A stretch of 52,925 nucleotides of DNA from an uncultured Fibrobacterota bacterium. GTDB taxonomy: Bacteria > Fibrobacterota > Chitinivibrionia > Chitinivibrionales > FEN-1185. Below are positions 9,001 to 19,129 of this stretch, in pieces. The position numbers and the translations under genes are program-made. The notes under the pieces were generated by a model that saw only the letters and a list, made by a program, of their open reading frames with translations, had not been told where the DNA came from and did no database searches. How positions within the stretch are numbered: the stretch's first letter is position 1; each line of letters opens with the position of its first letter. The DNA lies in NCBI GenBank assembly GCA_963729895.1, contig CAVSQB010000029.1:1-52925 (forward strand), given 5' to 3'.

Positions 9001-9639
9001 ATGAAAATCCTCGTCCTCGGCGCTTCGCACGGAACCGGCGCCCTCTGCGTCAAATCGGCGCTGGCGAAGGGTCACTCGGTGACCGCGTTCTCGCGCACGC
9101 CCGCGAAGCTCGACGCTGCACACCCCGCGCTGACGAAGGTGGCGGGCGACTTCCACGACTCAGCCTCGGTGCGCAGCGCGGTGGCCGGTCACGACGCCGT
9201 GATCATCTGCGCGTCGCCGAGCTCACTGGGCGCAATCAAAGAGAAGCCCGACTACTTTTCGCGCGGTACAAAGTACTGCATCGACGCGATGAAGGAGCAC
9301 GGCGTGAAACGCCTGGTGATCCTCAGCGCGCACGGTGTGGGAGAGAGCAGGCCTGAGGCGAGCTGGTTCCAGAGGACGTTGCTCATCGGAGGTCTCCTCA
9401 AGGGCTTCTTCCGCGATCACGACATTCAGGAACGCCTGACGCAGGAGAGCGGCCTCGACTTCGTCATCGCGCGCCCGATGCGGCTCACCAACGGCACGGC
9501 GAAGGGGAAGTACCTTCGGCGCACGACAGAGTCGATCAGGGTGCCGGCGACGATCTCCCGCGCCGACCTGGCCGACTTCCTGGTCGAGGCGTGCGAGTCG
9601 ACGACGTTTGTCGGCAAGCGCGTCCAGCTCGGCGGGTGA
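9001..9639 (+). CDS. NAD(P)H-binding atypical SDR (biliverdin reductase B/flavin reductase-like)
   Basis: MKILVLGASHGTG Rossmann motif, LDFVIARP and ISRADLADFL. Confidence 0.9.
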   Translation: MKILVLGASHGTGALCVKSALAKGHSVTAFSRTPAKLDAAHPALTKVAGDFHDSASVRSAVAGHDAVIICASPSSLGAIKEKPDYFSRGTKYCIDAMKEHGVKRLVILSAHGVGESRPEASWFQRTLLIGGLLKGFFRDHDIQERLTQESGLDFVIARPMRLTNGTAKGKYLRRTTESIRVPATISRADLADFLVEACESTTFVGKRVQLGG

Positions 9640-9777
9640 CTGTTCTCCCTCCCGGCGCAGCGGGGCGGGGGACGAACTGCTTCTTTATCAACTGCGCGGC
9701 CGGGAACTCCTTCACCTGATCCAGCCTCCCGAACTACCCGACGCGGTAAAAAGCCGCACAATCGTCGATTTTCAGAT

Positions 9778-9806
9778 TTGACAGCAGGGCGCGTGAATGG
9801 TATACT
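9778..9806 (+). promoter_or_regulatory. Sigma70-type promoter
   Basis: TTGACA-N17-TATACT with a TG extension, 54 bp upstream of the ATG at 9860. Confidence 0.65.
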
Positions 9807-9859
9807 TTCGTCGAGGCCAATCAATATGCAGTCATTTAATCGCTTAGACTGGAGCTAAA

Positions 9860-11617
9860 ATGAAAACCAAACTGTTGGTGCTGGTCACTTTGCTGCTGAC
9901 GTGCACCGGAGTCAACAACACAAACAACAAGGCAAGTGCTATTGCTCATGTCACTGCACTAAGCGCAACGAGTGCCTTGCCGCTGTCGCCTCTCATCATC
10001 ACGGGAACAAATTTTAGTACGACAGATGCAATGACAGTCAGGTTCTCCGATGGTTTGGGCTATCAGGTAGATGTGCCTGTGGTAGTGGGGCCAACCTCGA
10101 CTTCGGCCCGGGTGTATGTCCCTCCTTATTTCGCTTCCGGTGATTTTGATTCCGGCGCCGTCAGCGTGCAAATAATAGAGACGTCAGGCAATGACACCAC
10201 CAAATCAAACACCATTGACTCCTTTCGAATAGAAAACCCGCCGGCATCGCTAAATCCTCCGGGCACCGTTACGCTCAACCTCCTCACCGCCGAATTGGTC
10301 TATTATGACAGTATTCAGGCTCGCATGAGAGGCACCCCACTCGATTCTCCGTCAACGGATTCAACCATTGCGAAGAACATTGCAAACCTTTCCGCACTGG
10401 TTTCCCAGGTGCAAAGTGTTGTGCAGGGCTCGGCCGCTTCATTCTCACTCGGCAGCGTCAATGGGATTGCCTTGACTGTAGGACCAAACGACCTTTTGAA
10501 AACAGACCGGTTGCTGCTGTGCATGTTGAGCAACGGCTCAAATACCGCCCTTGCAAAAAGACAGGCGACCGATTGCATGGACTATCTGAGCAATGACGCC
10601 ATTGGGGGACCGAATGCAAACCAGGCATATCAACTGTGGCAGGACTGTAATGCGTTACAGCCGGTGGCAGCAGTAAATCAAGGGTTCACCTTCCTGATCG
10701 GCGTCGGCAGTGCGGCCGTTGGAATACTGGCGCTTGCCGGGGCGCCGGCGATAGCATTGGCGCTGCCGGCCGCGGCGCTTCTGTATCTGGGAGTAATGGA
10801 CGCCGGTATACAACTTGACGTCGGCGCTCTGCTGAAGGATGTCAACCAGGTTGCATCATATCAGGCGCTGAAAAATGGAATTGAACAGACGGAGAAGCTG
10901 CTCACGGACCCGATCAAGGGTGCAATTATCAACAATGTCTTCGGTGAAACCGCCGGGCAGCTTAAAGACATATACGATGGAGCGCAGGACGCGATTGCGT
11001 CGTTTGTCCCGGCGGTTGCCGCGCCCTGCACGTATTCGCTGTCTTCGTTGGGACGGTCCTTTGATTCCACCGGCGGCAGCGGTTCCGTAACGGTGACCGC
11101 GCCGAACGGCTGTGCCTGGACGGCGGAAGCGGACAATGTCGACTGGGTGACGGTCACGGCGGGCGGCGCAGGATCCGGAGCGGGTACGGTAACCTATTCA
11201 GTGCAGCCGAACACGACTCCAAGCCAGAGGTCGGCGGACATATTCATCGCCGACAAGGATTTCGCCGTTACGCAAACCGGATCTTCGGTCGCCCTGCCGC
11301 CGGGATTTCCTGCGAATGTCCCGGCCGGAATTTACACGGTAACCGTTTCGATGAACGGCAGCTACATGTTTAGTTCTGAGGATACGTGTTCGGACGTTTC
11401 CGCGCTCAGCCAGGCCTTGACAATCGCTATGGATCAAGACATAAGCGGCTTGCTGTCGCAATGCACGGGAGCGGGATGCAGCTGCAGCGCGTCGGCGGTC
11501 AGCTACACGCCGTGGAATGGAACGTCTTTTACGGAGACCGGTTCGGTGGTAGGGCTCAGCGCGGGTAACTGTCTCGGCGCCACGGCAACCGTCATATTCA
11601 CAGTCACGAAAGACTAA
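9860..11617 (+). CDS. Putative lipoprotein with IPT/TIG-like and BACON domains
   Basis: LLLTC lipobox-like end of signal, LIITGTNF Ig-like segment, and CTYSLS...GCAWTA...DWVTV...GTVTYSV.PN...R...I...F.VTQ BACON pattern. Confidence 0.75.
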   Translation: MKTKLLVLVTLLLTCTGVNNTNNKASAIAHVTALSATSALPLSPLIITGTNFSTTDAMTVRFSDGLGYQVDVPVVVGPTSTSARVYVPPYFASGDFDSGAVSVQIIETSGNDTTKSNTIDSFRIENPPASLNPPGTVTLNLLTAELVYYDSIQARMRGTPLDSPSTDSTIAKNIANLSALVSQVQSVVQGSAASFSLGSVNGIALTVGPNDLLKTDRLLLCMLSNGSNTALAKRQATDCMDYLSNDAIGGPNANQAYQLWQDCNALQPVAAVNQGFTFLIGVGSAAVGILALAGAPAIALALPAAALLYLGVMDAGIQLDVGALLKDVNQVASYQALKNGIEQTEKLLTDPIKGAIINNVFGETAGQLKDIYDGAQDAIASFVPAVAAPCTYSLSSLGRSFDSTGGSGSVTVTAPNGCAWTAEADNVDWVTVTAGGAGSGAGTVTYSVQPNTTPSQRSADIFIADKDFAVTQTGSSVALPPGFPANVPAGIYTVTVSMNGSYMFSSEDTCSDVSALSQALTIAMDQDISGLLSQCTGAGCSCSASAVSYTPWNGTSFTETGSVVGLSAGNCLGATATVIFTVTKD

Positions 11618-11792
11618 AAGCGCGGTTGCCTGCCGCAAAGGTCTTGTTGTTGACCGAACCGATGTAAACAAACAGTGTACGCACAGTATTTTTGCCGCGT
11701 GTGCGGGGGGCGCTTTTACGGTATATTAGATTGCGGGCAATAAGGATATTGTCAAGTATGTATCCGCTGCAAAATTTACAGAAAGGACCCCC

Positions 11793-13448
11793 ATGATCAC
11801 ATCTTTCAGGCCGCTGATGCTTTCGGCAATGGCGGTCGCGCTCCTGAGCGGAGTTTGCGTCCAATCCGCGGAATACCCCAAGGCGGGCGCATCGTGCGCC
11901 ACACTTGCAACGCAAGGTATATGGACCTGGTATCACGATTCCAGGGCGATCTACTACAAAGCAACGCATGAGAAGACCTATGTAGGCTATTTCAGCAGCT
12001 CGCTGAATCCCGGCGCTGCGGCAATTGCCTCGTACGATCATGCAACCGGGGAAATAGACACGTTCTACCTCAAAACCAATTGGGGTTTTGACGACCATAA
12101 TACCACCACGGTCCACGTTCTGCCCAACGGACACATCATAACATTTTACAGCGAGCACAACGGCGGGGCGTGGTTCACCCGCACTTCGACGAATCCGGAA
12201 GACATCACCTCCTGGGGCCCGGAACTGAAGGTCAATGAAGGATGCACCTACCCCAACGTCTGTCAGTTGAGCGCTGAGGGAGCGAACGGCAACAGGCTCT
12301 ACGTGTTCTTTAGGGGACCGTCAACGGAAACCGGCGACTTTGGGATGCCGTATTACCAGACCAGCGACGACGCTGGCGCAACGTGGAGCGCGGCCGTCAG
12401 GTACTTCTTTGGAGGCCTCTCGTCGGTGGGGGGCGGCATACGGCCCTACTGCAAGTACGTTTCCAACGGCAAAGACAAAATTTATATGCTGATCGAGGGA
12501 GACAACCGCAACAACCCGCCGCCCAAACCCACGTATTTCATGTACTACTACAACGGCGGATTTTACAAAATGAACGGCACCTTGATCGAAACAGTCGCAC
12601 AGGACGCTGCCACGCCCATCACTACCGCCCAACCGGACACCGTGTACGATCCGGCGAACCCTCCGGACGGTTTGAAAGGCACCATCGGGACGGGTTGGGA
12701 TATCGCCCTTGATTCCGCCGGATATCCGGTATTTGTTTACGACATCTATGATCCGTCGGGCGCCAACCACCGGTATTATTACTACCGCTGGGACGGGACA
12801 AAATGGAACCACTACTTCCTCATCAACAGCGGCGGACCCATGACCGAAGGCGGGAATGAAGTCGGCTTTGGCGGCGGGCTTATTCTGGATCATTCAAACA
12901 CGAATGTCATCTATCTGAGCACGCATGTCAACGGCGTTTTTGAACTCGAACGATGGATAACGGCCGACAAAGGCGCAACCTGGAGAACCTGGCAGATAAC
13001 GTCCGGTTCCGCGGCCAAGAACTGCCGACCCATCGTGCCGCGCAATACTCCCGGCGGAAAGATCGACGTTGTGTGGAACTACGGCACCTACACCACGTGG
13101 GGCGGTCCGTTCTCGATGGACGTGAAAATGTACACGTTCGATTCGACGAAAATCGCGTCGGGCGTGACGCCGGCAAAGACGGGGTTCGAGCGCCGCGCAC
13201 CCAAGGAATCCGGGTTCAACCTTTTGTCAAATGGCCTTTCGTTTACACTCGTTTCACCCGCTTCATCGACGCTCAGGATTTACAATGCGCAAGGGCGGTT
13301 GGTTGCCGACTTTACGCCGGCGGTGGAACGGATGAGCGCAGGCGCCGCCACGGTGCAGTACAAAGCGCTCGGGCTTTCGCACGGTGCGTACATCGCGCGT
13401 CTGTTTGACGGAAAACGGAATTACGCGCAGACCTGCATCGTGCAATAG
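11793..13448 (+). CDS. BNR_4-family beta-propeller protein (putative polysaccharide-active) with T9SS-like C-terminal domain
   Basis: Motifs DDHN, TYP, SDDAGATW and TADKGATW (Asp-boxes), RPY. C-terminal IYNAQGRLV...LSHGAYIARL. Confidence 0.8.
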   Translation: MITSFRPLMLSAMAVALLSGVCVQSAEYPKAGASCATLATQGIWTWYHDSRAIYYKATHEKTYVGYFSSSLNPGAAAIASYDHATGEIDTFYLKTNWGFDDHNTTTVHVLPNGHIITFYSEHNGGAWFTRTSTNPEDITSWGPELKVNEGCTYPNVCQLSAEGANGNRLYVFFRGPSTETGDFGMPYYQTSDDAGATWSAAVRYFFGGLSSVGGGIRPYCKYVSNGKDKIYMLIEGDNRNNPPPKPTYFMYYYNGGFYKMNGTLIETVAQDAATPITTAQPDTVYDPANPPDGLKGTIGTGWDIALDSAGYPVFVYDIYDPSGANHRYYYYRWDGTKWNHYFLINSGGPMTEGGNEVGFGGGLILDHSNTNVIYLSTHVNGVFELERWITADKGATWRTWQITSGSAAKNCRPIVPRNTPGGKIDVVWNYGTYTTWGGPFSMDVKMYTFDSTKIASGVTPAKTGFERRAPKESGFNLLSNGLSFTLVSPASSTLRIYNAQGRLVADFTPAVERMSAGAATVQYKALGLSHGAYIARLFDGKRNYAQTCIVQ

Positions 13449-13518
13449 GGTGAAGCACGAGAGCGGTTGTTGAATAGGTTACCTATCCTTGGTTTTTGGT
13501 TGCCTCATTTTCCCTTGG

Positions 13519-13589
13519 CGCTTGCCTCGATACACCGCTCGCCCAGTTGCCCTTTGGGCCGTATCGAGGCGAGCGGCACTCGGCAAGCG
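13519..13589 (-). repeat. REP-like nested palindrome (module C)
   Basis: Reverse complement aligns with GAGTGCCGCTCCCCTCGATAC...GAGCGGTGTATCGAG at about 16935-16992 and 34566-34621. Confidence 0.7.
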
Positions 13590-13650
13590 TTTTTGAAAAG
13601 TAAAATTGTCACCGCTGTAATGACCGGATTAATACAAGGGCCGATTCCCG

Positions 13651-13679
13651 TTGCAATTGCGTACGCATTAACGTACATT
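13651..13679 (+). promoter_or_regulatory. yefM-yoeB promoter/operator
   Basis: TTGCAA-N17-TACATT with paired CGTAC boxes, similar to the TGTACA-type YefM operators. Confidence 0.55.
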
Positions 13680-13697
13680 ATGGGGAGGAGGCAAACC

Positions 13698-13940
13698 ATG
13701 ACCACGTTAACGGTAACCCAGGCACGGAAGAAACTTTTCAGGCTTCTTGATGAAGCCAATTCGTCGCATTCACCGATCCTTATCGAAGGAAAGCGCGGGG
13801 GAGCGGTCTTGATCGGTATGGAGGACTGGTCGGCAATTGAAGAAACGCTTTTCTTGATTTCCATTCCCGGTATGAGGGAATCAATAAAGACCGGAATGAA
13901 GACTCCTTTGCACAAAACAAGCAAGGTTATCAAATGGTAA
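13698..13940 (+). CDS. yefM: Phd/YefM antitoxin
   Basis: MTTLTVTQARKKLFRLLDE...AVLIGMEDWSAIEETLFLISIPGMRESI. GGAGG RBS. Confidence 0.9.
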   Translation: MTTLTVTQARKKLFRLLDEANSSHSPILIEGKRGGAVLIGMEDWSAIEETLFLISIPGMRESIKTGMKTPLHKTSKVIKW

Positions 13941-14200
13941 AGTGGCAACTTTACTATACAAAACAGGCACAAAAAGACGCAAAAAAATTATCATCCGCAG
14001 GAGTACGTCTTAAAGCAGAACGCCTGCTGTCGATCGTTGAATCGAATCCATATCAAAATCCCCCGCCCTATGAAAAGCTGATCGGAGATTTGACCGGTGC
14101 CGTTTCCCGAAGAATAACTATTCAGCACCGGTTGGTGTACCAGGTTCTGGAAAAAGAACGGGCGGTAAAAATCATTCGTATGTGGACACACTACGAATAA
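13934..14200 (+). CDS. yoeB: Txe/YoeB toxin
   Basis: YEKLIGDLTGAVSRRITIQHRLVY...MWTHYE. Confidence 0.92.
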   Translation: MVKWQLYYTKQAQKDAKKLSSAGVRLKAERLLSIVESNPYQNPPPYEKLIGDLTGAVSRRITIQHRLVYQVLEKERAVKIIRMWTHYE

Positions 14201-14260
14201 GAGAACCGCACAGCAAGCGGTTCATGTGTTGTGGAAAACGCACTCGGAAAAGGAGCCCCT

Positions 14261-15703
14261 ATGCGCTTGAGTAAACACTGTTGCTCGCGGAATTTCGGAT
14301 GCAGCTCTTTTGCGGCATTCTTCGTGGCAGTTGCGATGTTCTTTCCCCTTGAAACCGGTGCGCAGATGACGTTTGGGGCCAACTTCTGGAATATCGGATG
14401 GGGTTCGGCTGCCGGCGGCGCCGGTCCCGAGTACAATTATTTTACCACAAATGTAAACTGGGCCGCCACAACCAATCCGTGGAATCCGACGTTTGTCTCC
14501 GAGCTCGGGCAGGCAAAGGTGCACTGCCTTCGATTTATGGACTGGGGCTGCACAAACAGCAGCCTGGTTACCGCGTGGAGCCAGCGGATACCCAAAACGG
14601 CCGATCATTACCTTTCCGGAAATACCCAACCGCAGACAGGCGGAACCGGATACGGCGTGGCGTACGAATGGATGATCGATCTCTGCAACCGGGTGAACGC
14701 CGACATGTGGGTCTGCGTTCCGCATCAGACCGACACGAATTACGCCTATCAATTGGCTACGCTGATCAAGAACAATCTGAATTCGAATCTACGGGTGTAT
14801 GTCGAGTATTCGAACGAATGCTGGAACGACGGCTTTGCGCAGGCCGGTTGGCTGGATGCACAAAAGAACATCAACGGTCTCGCCAATCCGTTGCAATGGC
14901 AGGGGCAAAGCGTCTACGGTTTTGGGAGCGGCGGTGATTGCCGGTGGTCCGAGTATGTATACTTTGTCTGCAGGACCATGAATCAATTCAACCGGGTTTT
15001 CGGGGTAAACAGTCCGCGGGTTGTCAAGGTGATGAGCGGGCAGGCCGGCTGGGGCCTGGGCAGCGGCATGAATCAAATGTGTCAATATCACATGGCTTGC
15101 CTTCAAACCTCCATTTGCAATCCGTGGGGGGTTGCCATAGACGCCTACGCAATAGCGCCGTACTGGAACGCCAGCGATCATGCCCCGATGGGCACCGAAG
15201 CATCGATGCGGGTCAGCCTTGCGGATTGCGTCACGGAGTTGACGGACACCCGGAGCGCCTTGACGGGTTCGGGCATTCCTCTCGTCTGCTATGAAGGCGG
15301 GCCGGATAATTACAGCACGCAAAGCATAGCGAACGATTCCTTCCAGTATCAACTCACCATTGATGCGTTGACTGCGATGGCGCAACATGTCCAGGGCACA
15401 TTCAACTATTACACGTTTAACGGCGGGGCAGTGTGGGGTCTCAAAGAACAGGTAGGCGACGATCCCTCGATAGCGCCAAAATGGCGCGGATACCTGCAAT
15501 GGCTTTCGACCGTTGAAGTGATCCGGCCGATTGTTTCCAAAGTGGCACCGGTGAGGCCCACCGGAGCCTCCGCTGTTTTCAATCTCCTTGGTCAGCAGGT
15601 ACAGGCGGCGGGCTTCCGTGGAACTCTTCCTTACAACAGGCAGGGAGTATTCATAGCGGTTACGGACAATTCACCGGCCAAGGTAATGTTCATAGTCCGG
15701 TAG
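14261..15703 (+). CDS. Secreted putative glycoside hydrolase (clan GH-A-like) with T9SS-like C-terminal domain
   Basis: Motifs LRFMDW, YVEYSNECWN and VCYEGG (candidate catalytic Glu pair). C-terminal VFNLLGQ...GVFI. AAGGAG RBS. Confidence 0.7.
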   Translation: MRLSKHCCSRNFGCSSFAAFFVAVAMFFPLETGAQMTFGANFWNIGWGSAAGGAGPEYNYFTTNVNWAATTNPWNPTFVSELGQAKVHCLRFMDWGCTNSSLVTAWSQRIPKTADHYLSGNTQPQTGGTGYGVAYEWMIDLCNRVNADMWVCVPHQTDTNYAYQLATLIKNNLNSNLRVYVEYSNECWNDGFAQAGWLDAQKNINGLANPLQWQGQSVYGFGSGGDCRWSEYVYFVCRTMNQFNRVFGVNSPRVVKVMSGQAGWGLGSGMNQMCQYHMACLQTSICNPWGVAIDAYAIAPYWNASDHAPMGTEASMRVSLADCVTELTDTRSALTGSGIPLVCYEGGPDNYSTQSIANDSFQYQLTIDALTAMAQHVQGTFNYYTFNGGAVWGLKEQVGDDPSIAPKWRGYLQWLSTVEVIRPIVSKVAPVRPTGASAVFNLLGQQVQAAGFRGTLPYNRQGVFIAVTDNSPAKVMFIVR

Positions 15704-15792
15704 CCAAGCGGCCGACAGGTTCAATGGCCGGAGGATCAAGGTATCCGACAACACCGGTTTCGCGGCTTTGGGAAGAGCTGAAGCCCGCTGTC

Positions 15793-16014
15793 CTAGAAAT
15801 CAAGCGGATTGTTGTTGAAGAACACGCCGAGCGAAAACGCGGTCATGAAGGCGAGCCACACGTACAGCAGAAGGTTGTTGAGAAGCGATTCGGTCACCGA
15901 TTGCTCGGTGTTTTTGGCGTGCCGCCGTTCCTTGACGTGCCGCCAGATGGAACGTGCGGTCCAGGCGAGAAGGATGAGGCCTGCGATTTTTGCGAGAAGT
16001 ATCGACAATGGCAT
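15793..16014 (-). CDS. Small two-TM membrane protein
   Basis: MPLSILLAKIAGLILLAW... has two hydrophobic segments. AAGGA RBS. Confidence 0.65.
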   Translation of the reverse strand: MPLSILLAKIAGLILLAWTARSIWRHVKERRHAKNTEQSVTESLLNNLLLYVWLAFMTAFSLGVFFNNNPLDF

Positions 16015-16060
16015 GGTGCGTCCTTGACGGTAAAGTGTGTGCCTTCGGCGGCGGCGCCGG

Positions 16061-16504
16061 TTATTCTTCCGCGGGCGCAACGCCGGGCGGTTGCTGGGCC
16101 GGCGGCTGGGGCGTGTCGAACGCGACCTTTACCGCCGCGAGCCGCCGGGAAAAGATTTCCATTCCGTCCCAATTGACCACGAATTCGTAAAAGCCTTCCT
16201 CGGGAAGCGGCAGGCCGTTGATGTTGCCGCCTATTTCAACCACCGACCGCCTGCTGTCGGCCGGGTCGACGTTCCACGGCGGCAGGGTCATGGAAAACGA
16301 TCCGCCTTCCTTCCGGAAGAGCAACTGAAGCTGGCCTTTTTTCGCCACGTCGGTGAGCGCGATGTAAATGGCGCAGTTGCCGTGCTTGGAAGGGAAGTGC
16401 GGGCTGTTTATGGAACTGAACGTTCCTGCAAGCACGCTTTTTCCCGTGTGAACGTCGCGGTAGTAGTAGTCGCACACGATCATGGCAAGGACGATTGGTT
16501 TCAT
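16061..16504 (-). CDS. Conserved hypothetical beta-sandwich protein (DUF6941-like)
   Basis: MIVCD...DVHTGKSVLAGTFSSI...FP and LPEEGFYEFVV patterns. Confidence 0.7.
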   Translation of the reverse strand: MKPIVLAMIVCDYYYRDVHTGKSVLAGTFSSINSPHFPSKHGNCAIYIALTDVAKKGQLQLLFRKEGGSFSMTLPPWNVDPADSRRSVVEIGGNINGLPLPEEGFYEFVVNWDGMEIFSRRLAAVKVAFDTPQPPAQQPPGVAPAEE

Positions 16505-16655
16505 GGGTTTCCGCGATTGGTTGCACGTTCACAAGAACAGATAAAATAATTCTTCCCACGGAAACGCAAACCTAAAATCCGGGACGTATTTTGCCACATG
16601 ATGCCAATCGTACAAGGGATTAGAATTAATGGCGCCCCGTCACCATATATGATTC

Positions 16656-17140
16656 TGGATTGCTGAGCGGGTGCTGCGACAACTAAATCAATTTAATTCG
16701 ATTTTGGATTGCTGAGCCGGTGCGGCGTGGGTGTACCTGCTGCAAGCCAGAACCTTCTGCTGCGCGCACCGTAGCAGCAGAAGGTTACAGAATTCTCAGT
16801 CGAACTAACTCGTCAACTTTTCAACCATTTAACTCGATTACTCTTGACAATTGTGGATATTACCTTTTGCCAAGCGCCAGGCCGGACTGGAGAGCGCGCC
16901 GGAGCGCGGTGCCGGTCGACCCTGCCGCTGATTGTCGGGTGCCGCTCCCCTCGATACATCCCTGCGGGACACTCGGGGAGCGGTGTATCGAGACACAGCG
17001 GCATAGGGCGATCCGGCACCGAGGCCGTTAGGCCGAGCTCGCAAGGAGGGCCTCCGTCCCGGTGGGGACGGGGCGCCCAAGTCTTGATTCATTTGCTCCA
17101 CCCATGGGGACACCCGGCACGGCTGTCCAACAGCATTTAT
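16656..17140. repeat. Intergenic mosaic repeat R3 (module C nested within module B)
   Basis: Collinear with R1 from GCTGAGCCGGTGC to GGGGACGGGGCGCCCA, but carries the CTCGATAC palindrome in place of the central hairpin. Confidence 0.85.
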
Positions 17141-17145
17141 TTATT

Positions 17146-18417
17146 ATGAACCGATCCTTCATTCTGTGCATGTTCCTGTTGTGCCTGTGTGCCGACCTGC
17201 GGCCCCAGAGCCTGGTGGAACCCCCGTACCTTCACACGTTTGGCATTCGTAAAGCGACCCAGGCGACCCTGTTCATGTTTCTCGGCCCGTTTGCGAAGTT
17301 CGACGATCCGCAGGGCATTGCCACGGCGAAAATGAAGTCGCGCGACGACCCAACCACGACGGCCGACGACGACGAGGTGGTTGTCTACGGCGTCAACGCC
17401 GGGAGAAACCAGCTTATCTACAACACCTCGACGTTGACCATTGCCGCGTACGGGAGCGCGGGGAGCGGCGACGGCCGGTTCAACGCGCCGGCGGGCGTCG
17501 CCGTGGACGCCGACGGCAACGTCTACGTCGCCGACCGCGGCAACAACCGGATCGTGCACCTGTTCAATCCCAAGAGGGAAGTGCGCTGGGCGGGATCGTT
17601 TACAGGAAAGAACGCCGCCGATCCCGGCCTTGCCGGGCCGTCGCAGGTGGCCCTTGACCGCCGGGGCCGCATCTACGTCACCGACACCGGCAACAGGCGT
17701 ATTGTGGTGTTTTCGGCCGACGGGGCGCCGTGCCAGGTCTTGCCGGGCGGCGCGCAGTACCGGTTTGAGGACGGCCCATCCATGCTTGCGGTCGCCGACG
17801 GATCGGAGGTGTGGCGCTATTTCCGCGGCGACCGGATCGTGTTCTGCGCGGACCGGAACGGCGGCCGGCTGTGGAAGATCGATTTTGCGGGCGAGGTGAA
17901 GAAACAGGTCCTTCTGCCCGGCGGCCATCGCGCCTGCTATGCCGCCGTTGACTATTACCACAACCTCTGGATCACCGACAAGGCGCAGGGCTGCATTCTC
18001 AAGTACGACCACGACCTCAACCTGCTGGACATCTTCGGCTCGCCGGGCAAGGGAAAGAACCAGTTTGTGGAGCCGCGGGGCATTGCCGTCTGGCAGCGGT
18101 TCGGCCAGGTGTTTGTGGCGGAAAAAGAAGGCGCTCAGTATTACTGGGTGGGCGCCGATTGCACGGAGAAAAGCTTGCGCAAAATCGGCGACAACAACTA
18201 TACTCTTTCGCTCACGCTCACGGAGCACAGCTTTGTTTCGCTGTTTTCGGCGAACAAAGACACGACCTGGATTCTCAAAAGGTTCATGCTGCATCCGGGC
18301 CGGTCGACGCTGCCGCTGCGCGACAACGGCGCCGGGCCGATGGTCCTGAGAATAGAGCCGACGTATTCTTCGTACACGTATTACAAACGGGAATATCCGA
18401 TGCAACCCGGCAACTGA
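17146..18417 (+). CDS. Exported NHL-repeat beta-propeller protein
   Basis: FNAPAGVAVDADGNVYVADRGNNRI and two further NHL repeats. N-terminal signal peptide. Confidence 0.88.
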   Translation: MNRSFILCMFLLCLCADLRPQSLVEPPYLHTFGIRKATQATLFMFLGPFAKFDDPQGIATAKMKSRDDPTTTADDDEVVVYGVNAGRNQLIYNTSTLTIAAYGSAGSGDGRFNAPAGVAVDADGNVYVADRGNNRIVHLFNPKREVRWAGSFTGKNAADPGLAGPSQVALDRRGRIYVTDTGNRRIVVFSADGAPCQVLPGGAQYRFEDGPSMLAVADGSEVWRYFRGDRIVFCADRNGGRLWKIDFAGEVKKQVLLPGGHRACYAAVDYYHNLWITDKAQGCILKYDHDLNLLDIFGSPGKGKNQFVEPRGIAVWQRFGQVFVAEKEGAQYYWVGADCTEKSLRKIGDNNYTLSLTLTEHSFVSLFSANKDTTWILKRFMLHPGRSTLPLRDNGAGPMVLRIEPTYSSYTYYKREYPMQPGN

Positions 18418-18427
18418 AGAGGACGAC

Positions 18428-19105
18428 ATGAAACTGCGGAAAGAAGAAATTCAGCGAAAGATCCTGCATTTTATATTCGGCTCCATCATCCCGCTGGGGA
18501 TTTTCTACATCCCCCTTTATGGGGAGAAGATGTCGTGGAACGCGCTGCCGCCGTGGACCATCCCTCCGGCGATACTTGCCGTGTTTCTTGCCGGGTTCGT
18601 ACTCATCGAAACCCTTCGCTTCCGCGTGCCCGCGATCCAGAACATTTTTCACCAATACTTCGGCAGCATGCTTCGCCATGAGGAAAAAAAGAAGACGACC
18701 GGTGCCACGTATATCGTCGCTTCGTCGCTGCTCTGTTCGATTGTCTTTAAAGACAACCCCCAGGTCTCCCTCATGGCGCTGTCCACCTTTATCTGGGGAG
18801 ACGCCGTGGCCGCGCTGGTGGGGCAGAGCATCGGAAGAACCAGGATCGGCAACAAGTCGCTTGAAGGCTCCCTGGCCTGCCTTGTCCTGTGCGTGGTGTT
18901 TTTCCTGGCCGTGTTCCCGCACCTTCCCTTTCTTCTTGACAAATGGAACGGCAGGATACCGCTCGCGCTTACGGTGATCGCCTCGCTGGGCATCACGCTC
19001 ATGGAGCTTTTTCCCCTGAAGACAGGGAAGGTGGAGGTCAACGACAACCTCTCGGTGCCGGTGATCGTGGGGACCGTCATGATTCTGCTGTACCCGCTCT
19101 TGTGA
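18428..19105 (+). CDS. Phytol/dolichol kinase-like (CTP-dependent) membrane protein
   Basis: Motifs RKILH, GDAVAALVG, KSLEGS and NDNLSVP. Confidence 0.88.
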   Translation: MKLRKEEIQRKILHFIFGSIIPLGIFYIPLYGEKMSWNALPPWTIPPAILAVFLAGFVLIETLRFRVPAIQNIFHQYFGSMLRHEEKKKTTGATYIVASSLLCSIVFKDNPQVSLMALSTFIWGDAVAALVGQSIGRTRIGNKSLEGSLACLVLCVVFFLAVFPHLPFLLDKWNGRIPLALTVIASLGITLMELFPLKTGKVEVNDNLSVPVIVGTVMILLYPLL

Positions 19106-19129
19106 TGGTTCGACCGGCGATGAAGCCGG

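Noticed and set aside
13467..13697. N-terminal extension of YefM in the ORF track
   Set aside because: It runs through a repeat and the promoter. The RBS-supported start is 13698.
17137..18429. 430-aa minus-strand ORF
   Set aside because: Antisense shadow of the GC-rich NHL gene, with no recognisable motifs.
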